Virus record (IMG/VR): IMGVR_UViG_3300017909_002824
Span: 1 to 46,473 of that record
From: a virus
Taxonomy: Duplodnaviria > Caudoviricetes
DNA length: 46,473 nt
Strand: one strand, 5' to 3'
The position numbers were made by a program, and so were the translations under genes. Below the pieces are notes generated by a model. The model was not told where the DNA came from and ran no database searches. It saw only the letters and a list, made by a program, of their open reading frames with translations. The stretch's first letter is position 1. Each line of letters opens with the position of its first letter. Positions 36,805-44,800 of this stretch are shown here, one piece after another.

Positions 36805-38103
36805 ATGAGGTTTGTAGAAATTTCTAAACCGTTAATTACGGAAATTTTATTCGAACACTATTTGCCTGAGGGGAAGGAAGGCAAGAACACTCATCTTGAA
36901 CACCTTGAAGATAACATCTTTAATAGAGGTTATCAAGGAGCCAAAGAAGCAATAGATTACCTTTACAGTTTACATGAAATGCTTGAAGGTAATTCTAAAG
37001 CACCAGTAAGTATGACAACTAAATGGGATGGAGCACCGGCTATTATTGCCGGTAAAGATCCAGAGTCTGGAAAATTTTTTGTAGGTACTAAGGGTGTGTT
37101 TGCACAAAAACCCAAAATAAATTTTACAAATAAAGATATAGACGTAAACCATGCTGATGTAGGCGATAAGGATGGCAGTGGTTTAAGAAATAAACTTAAA
37201 CTTGCATTAAATTATTTAAGTAGATTAAATTGGGACACAGTTGCACAAGGCGATATGCTTTTTGCTGGTGATAGCGACATCAAAGATGTTACAATAGACA
37301 ATGAGGAATACATTGCATTTAAGCCTAACACTATTGTTTATGCTGTGCCTAAAGGAAGTGATTTAGCAAAAGAAATAATTAGTTCAGGTTTTGGTATTGT
37401 TTGGCACACAGAATATGTTGGTGGACCTACCCTTGCAGATACAAGAGCAAAATTTGGTTTTGACAGTAGTGTGTTAGGACAAGCAAATGGTGTTTGGCAT
37501 AGAGACGCAATTATAAAAGATTTAAGTGGTACAGTTACACTTACAAAAGAAGAAAGCAATGATATAATGAATGCTATTGCTGAAGCCGACGGTTATTTAA
37601 AAAGCATAGATCAAGAAACATTCAGTTTTTTAGAAAAAGGTGCAACAGTAATAGGCGAGAAAGTGTTTTTACAACAATTAAAAGCACACGCAAATAACCA
37701 AGTACGGCAAGGATTTTTTGATGAACCAACAAAATTTGCACAAGACTTTGTGCAAAAATATATTACATATATGGAAAAAGAAATTGCTAAAGTTTCTACA
37801 CAAAAAAGCATAGATGCTAAAACAGATTTAATGGTACAAGGTGTAAAGTTTATTAAAGAACATGTACCACAAATTGTTGCAGTATATGATTTATACTTAA
37901 AACTCATAGAAGCAAAAATAAAATTAATTAAAAAGTTAGAACAAATAAGACAAATACCAACTTTTGTTGAAACAGAAGATGGGTATGATGTAACAGGTGA
38001 AGAAGGATTTGTTGCTGTAGACAGAATGGGCAATGCACTTAAACTTGTTGACAGATTAGAATTCAGTAGATTAAACTTTGGGACTGGTAAGCCAGGTGCA
38101 TAA
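36805..38103 (+). CDS. RNA-ligase-like covalent nucleotidyltransferase (resembles DUF6267-type phage proteins)
   Basis: THLEHLED, motif I TKWDG, QGD, EEGFV, LKLVDR.EFS. Confidence 0.6.
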   Translation: MRFVEISKPLITEILFEHYLPEGKEGKNTHLEHLEDNIFNRGYQGAKEAIDYLYSLHEMLEGNSKAPVSMTTKWDGAPAIIAGKDPESGKFFVGTKGVFAQKPKINFTNKDIDVNHADVGDKDGSGLRNKLKLALNYLSRLNWDTVAQGDMLFAGDSDIKDVTIDNEEYIAFKPNTIVYAVPKGSDLAKEIISSGFGIVWHTEYVGGPTLADTRAKFGFDSSVLGQANGVWHRDAIIKDLSGTVTLTKEESNDIMNAIAEADGYLKSIDQETFSFLEKGATVIGEKVFLQQLKAHANNQVRQGFFDEPTKFAQDFVQKYITYMEKEIAKVSTQKSIDAKTDLMVQGVKFIKEHVPQIVAVYDLYLKLIEAKIKLIKKLEQIRQIPTFVETEDGYDVTGEEGFVAVDRMGNALKLVDRLEFSRLNFGTGKPGA

Positions 38104-38933
38104 TGTATAAGCAAGTAGAAAACAATTTTCAACTGTTAGATACAAAGGATCTTGTTGAAGCAAGAATTTTTCGCACAACAAATAATTTTAAAAATCTAAC
38201 TGGAAAAGATATAGCAGATCTTTTATACTTGACCAGTTTATCTCTTTACTTAATGTACAAAGATGATAAGCAATATGACTTTGCAATATCATATGCAAAA
38301 CAATCAGTACAGTATGGTCCTTACACTTTGTTTAGAAGTCATGCAACAGATTTATACATGTTAGCACATGTTTGTAATAGTAATCATAGACAAAATTTTA
38401 GATTCTATAAAAATAATGAAAGTCAAAAGTTTTTGCAATCATTAAATTTTAATAATAGAACACATTGGAACTTTTTTGCAAAATTAAAAAGCGGTATGCT
38501 TAACGATACAGAAGCACACCCATACTTTTTTAGATTAGAGTCACAATTAAAAGTACAAGACAGTAGATATAAACAATGGCGTAGACTTTTGATGGATTGG
38601 GAAAACTTAAGGTACAGACAACGCCAGTTAGTTACAACGCAAGTTTTACAAGAGTATAGACGTAGGGCAAGAGGCAGTGAAATGGTGTCTCCATTAAGTA
38701 CAATGGTAAAATATAAAAAGTATGGAGTTTCAGATAAGTTTTCTAAAGATCCATATAGGCCAAGTACAGCAAAAAGAGTTGCAGGAGCCACAGCAGGTGC
38801 AGTAGCAGGTAGATATGCAGGAAAGAAAATTGCACAGAAGTTAGGCAAGGATGTTGATAAATATAAGAAAGCAGGAACTGGTTTAGGAGCAATAGCAGGA
38901 TATTGGGCCAGTGGTAGAAAGAAGCAATCATGA
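38103..38933 (+). CDS. Hypothetical late protein with C-terminal glycine zipper
   Basis: DLVEA motif; GATAGAVAGRYAG...GTGLGAIAGYW. Confidence 0.6.
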   Translation: MYKQVENNFQLLDTKDLVEARIFRTTNNFKNLTGKDIADLLYLTSLSLYLMYKDDKQYDFAISYAKQSVQYGPYTLFRSHATDLYMLAHVCNSNHRQNFRFYKNNESQKFLQSLNFNNRTHWNFFAKLKSGMLNDTEAHPYFFRLESQLKVQDSRYKQWRRLLMDWENLRYRQRQLVTTQVLQEYRRRARGSEMVSPLSTMVKYKKYGVSDKFSKDPYRPSTAKRVAGATAGAVAGRYAGKKIAQKLGKDVDKYKKAGTGLGAIAGYWASGRKKQS

Positions 38934-39532
38934 AAATAAATGAAATAATAAATGAGGCGCCGAGGCAATACAAAGTAGGAGATCCTACTGATGCTGGCTC
39001 TGGCGGCTTAGGCGGTCAAGGTCCGTTCACTACAGATCCTACTGCTTATTTTAGATTTATTCAAAACTTAAAAAGTGTAGGGATTGAAGTAGATCCTAAA
39101 CTGATTGCTTTAGGTTTAACAAAATATCAGTCAGGGTTAATGTCACCTGATGAGGCATATGACGCCGCTAAAAGGCAATATATTGATACTCAAGACAGAG
39201 CAGAATTACAACAAGCAATCCAACAATCCAGACGAGATATGCAAATTGCTATACAAAATCAACAAAAAGCATTAACCACTCCTGGTGTAAATCCTCCTAA
39301 AACAACACCTACTATGAATCTTCCACAAGGTAGACAACGAGGCTGGAATGATGAAACTCACGGACATCTTAGAAAACAATACAGGAATTCCAGTGGTGTT
39401 AGTTTTTACGATTTCTTATCTAACTTGAGACAAGCAGTAACTTTAGATACAAGAGATACATTATCAACTGCTACAAGTGGCTTTAACAAGGGTGCTAACC
39501 TTATAACTCGTCTTAGCGGCAAGACAAAATAA
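38930..39532 (+). CDS. Probable capsid-internal protein
   Basis: MKINEIINEA N-terminus. Confidence 0.6.
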   Translation: MKINEIINEAPRQYKVGDPTDAGSGGLGGQGPFTTDPTAYFRFIQNLKSVGIEVDPKLIALGLTKYQSGLMSPDEAYDAAKRQYIDTQDRAELQQAIQQSRRDMQIAIQNQQKALTTPGVNPPKTTPTMNLPQGRQRGWNDETHGHLRKQYRNSSGVSFYDFLSNLRQAVTLDTRDTLSTATSGFNKGANLITRLSGKTK

Positions 39533-39605
39533 TTACAAAATTTCCTTTTTTTGATAAATAATAGTAAGATAAACATAAGTTTATATACAAATTTAGGAGA
39601 AAACA

Positions 39606-39953
39606 ATGGCACAATCAAAAGGAAATGGAGCAGGTGTAGCCGATTTTGCGGCAGGTACACTTATCCAAAAACATAACGTTGTAGCAATTTTAGTTGACAC
39701 TGGTGCAGATCTTAGGAACGATGACGACTCTACAAGAGAAGCAGTAGAAAGAGCACTTCAGTTTATTCAACCACTTGCATACGAAGTTAAAGATAACAAC
39801 AGTGGTGAAATACACGCAATAGTTGACGGAAGTCAATTTGATGCGGCGGCCTTACAAACGCAAATTAGAGGTATTGGAAGTATTACTGACCCAACAACTT
39901 ATAACTTTAGTTCAGCATCTGTAACAGCAGGTAGTTCGCTAACAGTAGCATAA
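39606..39953 (+). CDS. Small virion protein, paralog 1
   Basis: Own late promoter (39553-60), strong RBS and terminator; MAQSKGNG. Confidence 0.7.
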   Translation: MAQSKGNGAGVADFAAGTLIQKHNVVAILVDTGADLRNDDDSTREAVERALQFIQPLAYEVKDNNSGEIHAIVDGSQFDAAALQTQIRGIGSITDPTTYNFSSASVTAGSSLTVA

Positions 39954-39968
39954 GTTTAGTTACTTTAT

Positions 39969-39998
39969 AAAAAGAGGCAGTTATAACTGCCTTTTTTT
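39969..39998 (+). terminator. Rho-independent terminator
   Basis: AGGCAGT-tata-ACTGCC-TTTTTTT. Confidence 0.85.
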
Positions 39999-40061
39999 AT
40001 GGAAATGTGATAAATAAAAGCATAGCCTACTTGATAGGCGCATTATATTTAGGAGAAAACA

Positions 40062-40334
40062 ATGGCACAAACAAGAGTAAATGGACAGGTCGATGCCGCT
40101 GAGTTTATCGGTAAAGATGTGTTCTTAAAAAGTTTTACAAGACAAGCAGGTAACATTAGCCAAACAAATCTTGATTCACTCGTTTTAGAAATCCAAAACT
40201 TGAACTTGTCAGTTCTTAAAGTTGGTGATTTTACAGCAGACAGCCAAACAGCAATTAATCTTATTGTTGAAGGTGCTGATAATCTTGCTAACGGTGACAT
40301 CGCAGGTCACGTTATTGCAGACGTCTCATTCTAA
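40062..40334 (+). CDS. Small virion protein, paralog 2
   Basis: Promoter at 40009-16; MAQTRVNG; a 24-nt leader/start is identical to that of paralog 1. Confidence 0.7.
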   Translation: MAQTRVNGQVDAAEFIGKDVFLKSFTRQAGNISQTNLDSLVLEIQNLNLSVLKVGDFTADSQTAINLIVEGADNLANGDIAGHVIADVSF

Positions 40335-40352
40335 GTTTATCTAACTTACATT

Positions 40353-40381
40353 AAAAGGCAGAATAATAACTGCCTTTTTTT
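40353..40381 (+). terminator. Rho-independent terminator
   Basis: AAAAGGCAG-aataataa-CTGCC-TTTTTTT. Confidence 0.85.
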
Positions 40382-40444
40382 GTGACCAAAATTTGATAAA
40401 TAGTTTTATAGGACAAAAAGTCCGCAATAACATAGGAGATTAAA

Positions 40445-40816
40445 ATGGCACAAACAAAAGTGAATCCAACTTACGTTGATGAGGAAAAGTTTTTTATTGG
40501 CCTTAAACCAACCTTTTTTGAAGTTACATTTGGTGCGGCGGTAAATGCAAAAACTGGCCCAACAAGTACAATTCAAACAGTTATTCATGCAATTTTAAAT
40601 GAAAACCTTTCTATCTTAGGCATGAGTGCATTGTATGACACAAATCAAACAATAGCATTTATGGTTGATGGTGAAAAAGGTACTGATACATATGACGGAA
40701 CTAACAGTGAAACCTTAGCGGCTCACTTAGAAGACGTTATTCAAGCATTAGGAACAGTTGACGGTATCGACTTAACAGGTGCTTCATGTACAGCAAAAAC
40801 ATTTGTTTTAGCATAA
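40445..40816 (+). CDS. Small virion protein, paralog 3
   Basis: Promoter at 40395-402; MAQTKVNP; IQALGTVDGIDLTGAS resembles IRGIGSI..YNFSSAS in paralog 1. Confidence 0.7.
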   Translation: MAQTKVNPTYVDEEKFFIGLKPTFFEVTFGAAVNAKTGPTSTIQTVIHAILNENLSILGMSALYDTNQTIAFMVDGEKGTDTYDGTNSETLAAHLEDVIQALGTVDGIDLTGASCTAKTFVLA

Positions 40817-40830
40817 TAAGTTAAACTTAG

Positions 40831-40862
40831 AAAAAAATCCTCCTTTATGGGGGATTTTTTTT
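40831..40862 (+). terminator. Rho-independent terminator
   Basis: AAAAAAATCCTCC-tttat-GGGGGATTTTTTTT. Confidence 0.8.
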
Positions 40863-40915
40863 GGCTAAAGAAAATCTTACTAATCTGATAAATAGTACAA
40901 AAGACGGAGACACAC

Positions 40916-41320
40916 ATGGTTGGAGAGAGAAGTGGAGCAATGGGAAGTTCAGAAGTTGTTTCAGGCAACATTGAATTTTATACATTATTCACTACATTAA
41001 ATATTACCAGAACAGGAGATTACAGCGACAATACACAAAAAGACTTTGAAAGTGTAGTACAGGTTATAGGTCTTAGGGCACAACCTGTAGTAATGAATAA
41101 TCCTGTTACGTTAAATGGTGCCGGAGCAAATGTTTTAGAAAATTACGGAGCACCAAGTTTAACAGGAGCAGGTTATATTTTTAAGTTTGCATTTGAGAGG
41201 GAAGGTGCTCATAGTGTTGACTTATTGAAAACAGAGTTAAATGGTATTGTGCTTAATTCAGGTACAATAGATACATTGAGTTCCGTAAATATGGAATTCA
41301 CTAAACAAGACTTATTATAG
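40916..41320 (+). CDS. Small virion protein, probable distant paralog 4
   Basis: Promoter at 40887-94, GGAG RBS; similar size and composition to paralogs 1-3. Confidence 0.6.
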   Translation: MVGERSGAMGSSEVVSGNIEFYTLFTTLNITRTGDYSDNTQKDFESVVQVIGLRAQPVVMNNPVTLNGAGANVLENYGAPSLTGAGYIFKFAFEREGAHSVDLLKTELNGIVLNSGTIDTLSSVNMEFTKQDLL

Positions 41321-41329
41321 GAATAAACG

Positions 41330-41581
41330 ATGCCTAAAAAAACTGAACCAGATCATGAGATAAGTGCAAAACCAAAACTGTATGTCGAAGATGGTAATAT
41401 AGAAGCACACATTATTGCTGACATGTTGCGAATAGAAAGTATCACAGCAGAGTTACGTGAATTTAAAGAAACCACAAAAGGAAGATTAGACAAATTAGAA
41501 AGTTGGATAATTGCTATAGTGGGTATTACTTTTACTACACTCATTAGTATTTTAGTTGGAATAGTAATTAATTTAGTATGA
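41330..41581 (+). CDS. Coiled-coil protein with a C-terminal TM helix (holin/XhlA-like)
   Basis: RLDKLE followed by WIIAIVGITFTTLISILVGIVINLV. Confidence 0.5.
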   Translation: MPKKTEPDHEISAKPKLYVEDGNIEAHIIADMLRIESITAELREFKETTKGRLDKLESWIIAIVGITFTTLISILVGIVINLV

Positions 41582-41862
41582 AAATAGAGCATATCACAGA
41601 AGAGCCTATAAATGAAGCCAGAATGATATGGCGTAAAAAAGGTAATTCAGTTGTCCGCGGAGTAAGGTGTACTGCTGGCCGGCGCAAAGGTAGAATTGTG
41701 TCTAAAGCATCACAATGTTCTGCACCTATTAATATGGCAAAAAGAATTACCATGAAAAGGAATAGAGCAAAGTTTGGCGCAAGAATGATGAGGCGAGCAC
41801 AGAGATCTAAAAAATTCAATCCGACAAGCAGAAGAGTAGCCGCTCTTAATAGGAGAAGATAG
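41578..41862 (+). CDS. Small Arg/Lys-rich protein (probable internal DNA-binding protein)
   Basis: MKIEHITEEPINEA leader followed by a very basic body with RC..GRRKGR....C. Confidence 0.6.
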   Translation: MKIEHITEEPINEARMIWRKKGNSVVRGVRCTAGRRKGRIVSKASQCSAPINMAKRITMKRNRAKFGARMMRRAQRSKKFNPTSRRVAALNRRR

Positions 41863-44800
41863 TGAAGGCTAAGGACGTTAGAAGTATTTCAACGTTGATT
41901 AAAGAGTACGGCATGACTCCAGGGCCTCCTACACCTGTCAGTCAGCAAAAGTCAGGTGCACTTGCTAAACAAATAGATTCACAAAGAAAACAAAAATCAA
42001 TAGTAAACAAGCAATCGCCGAGTCCAACAACAGGCAAGCAAATAAAAGTAAATCCTCAAGTTGCACAGCCTGTTACTAAGAAGTTTGGAAATCAACTTAA
42101 GAAGAATGATGTTATCAGAGATGTAAAGACTGGTGCACCACTTGGTATGGTTGTTAGTCCAATAGGACAAGGACAAGTTAAAGATAAAGTAATAGTCCAA
42201 GACGCTGGTGGCAATATTGTTGCACTTAATCCACAAACAGAATATACTGTGGATATGTATGAAGGATCTTTGTTAAAGAAAAGAAATACTTTAAAAGGCA
42301 GAATAAAAAAATTATCAAGGAAAAGATTAAAAGAAGCAAAACCAGAATTGTTTGAAATAAACTTTAACAGGAGAGAGGTTGCCACATCAGCCTTGGATGC
42401 TCCTGTAAAATGCGGGTTTGAAGCAGAATCATTTTTCTATAATGTAGATGAATATGGACCAAGTGATGATGTAGACAACATGAGTGTCAGTGAAGTTGAG
42501 TACGAATTTGGTGATTTACCAGATGTTGCGTACAGCGATTACAACGACTGGATCATGGAAAAGGCAATGGACGAATATTTGCCTGGCTATGTTGATAATT
42601 GGATAGAAGAAAACAGAGACGAAGACGAGTTTATTCAAGACTTTATGAATTCTGGCAACGGCCCTACAGAAGAAGCGGTAGAAGAATACAGAGAAGAATT
42701 TAAAGAACGTGACCCAAGTGAATATGAAAATCGTGAAGAAGACGGTTGGGATTTTGACAATTGGGCCAGAGATTTTATTAACGAAGAGTACGGATACGAT
42801 TACGAAGACTTTCTCAGAGATATAGCAAACGATGACGATCAACTGAGAGATGATGCTGTAAACGAATGCGAAGGTGACTACACCATGGACGATTGGATTG
42901 GCGATCAGTGGTACAGCATGAGCAGTTTCTTAGATGACTACGGTTTTGAATACAGTAGCGAAAGTGGTAGTGTTGAAGGCGTAGCAAATGAATTTTTTAA
43001 CGGTTGGATAGAAGATAACAGCAGATTCGACAGTTTTCCAGATTACGGAGAATATGGTAGCACAAATAATCCAGGTGGCTGGAGTGTAGAAACAGACAGC
43101 AGTATAGATCCTGATTCAGGTGCGGCGGCAGAACTTATTTCTCCTGTGTACTCATCACCAAGAGATATGCTTGAAGAAGCAAAAAGTTTATTTAAATATG
43201 CTGAAGATAATTTTGGCACAAACAATAGTACAGGTTTTCATGTTACTATGAGTTGGCAAGGAAAACCAAGAGCAGGTTCACAAGGAACCGAACCAAACAA
43301 ATTAAAAATGGCATTGCTACTCGGCGATGAATATTTATTAGATCAGTTTGGCAGATTAAGAAATTCATACACAAAAAGCCAATATCAAAATATTTTAAAA
43401 CATGCAGAAAAAATGAAAAAAGGCAGTAGTGAAAGTTTCTTAAAATTGCAATCAGAACTTAAAAGTGGTATCAGCAGTGATAAGTTTTCTACTATACATT
43501 TTAAAGGCCAAACAGACAGGCAAGGCGATGCAGGCAATGAACTTATAGAATTTAGAATTGCTGGTGGTAGTGATTATACAGAAGATTACAAAAAAATAGT
43601 TAAAGCCGTTGTTAGATATGCGACCATTATGAAAGCAGGTTACGACGACGATGCTTTTAGAAAAGACTATATAAATGCTTTATATAGAGTGATAAGAAAA
43701 GCAAGTGAAGTAGATCCAAAAACTGTGAGTCAATTTGATGAACTTAATTCACCTGTAACAGATGCCGCAAAAGAAATTGTTAGTAAAAAAGAATATTTTG
43801 AAGTATTAAAATCTTTAGAAAATGCAATGGAACATTTTAATACTTATAAAAATTTGAGTAGTCCAGACGCAGATAAAAAATGGAAACAAAGTATTGAAGA
43901 TTTCAGAAAAGGAACTGGTAAAGATCCAAGTTGGATGGGCGAAGCAATTTATGAGGAAGAGATAACAGGCTACTTAGAGCCAAATTCAGTAGCACCAAGT
44001 AAACAAGCACCTGAGCATTTAGAAAAAGCAAAAAGAAGTTTTGCTCATGCATGTGTATTACTTGCAAATGACATAGCACAAGGAACTGCGAGAGCAACCC
44101 CAAAATCCAAACACATTTCTGCATTTAGAAATATGGCAAAAGAATTGGGATTTGATAAAACCAGCCTGGAACAAGAACTTTTACAACAAATAGATGATGT
44201 TAACATAGAAGGCAGTGATAAAGAAAAAATTGTTACATTAAAGCAAGGGGTAGAAGATCTGTTCAAGCAAGAGTTAATAGGCGCACCAGAGTTTTTCAAT
44301 TCTCAAGACTTTGACATAATTGCAGATGGGTTATGGCAGTTTTTTCAAACAGTTGATGCCAAAGACAACGTAAAGTTAGACGAACTTGCCGAACTCATAC
44401 AAAAGGTTAATCCTAAAATAGATAAGGTAAACATCATAAAAGATTTGAAAGCAATATCTCATAGAAGGCAAAAGAATGAGTTATATCGCGATCTTAAACA
44501 AGGTTCATATAGTGGTGCAACTAATGGTTTCTTTAAAACTGGTATGGTATCAAACCAAGATGCAGTTGAAAAATTAAAAACATTTTTGCAAGCCTATCAA
44601 GGATACGAACACCCAACAAGCAGAGATCATCATACTAACATGAGATCAGATGATGAGTATGCATCTGTATATCAGATGAATCTTGTGCAAAAATTACGTG
44701 GTAGATTAGATTTTATTAATGAGTTAAGCCAAGCAGATCCAGAAAAAGCAGATAAACTTAAAAAAGATCTAATAAAAATAGGAATAGAATTTTTAACAGC

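Noticed and set aside
1798-40971. Numerous 60-180 aa antisense or alternate-frame ORFs (e.g. 37611-38132, 38423-38968, 28132-28545)
   Set aside because: They overlap well-supported genes, lack RBS or promoter signals, and have the composition expected of antisense shadows.
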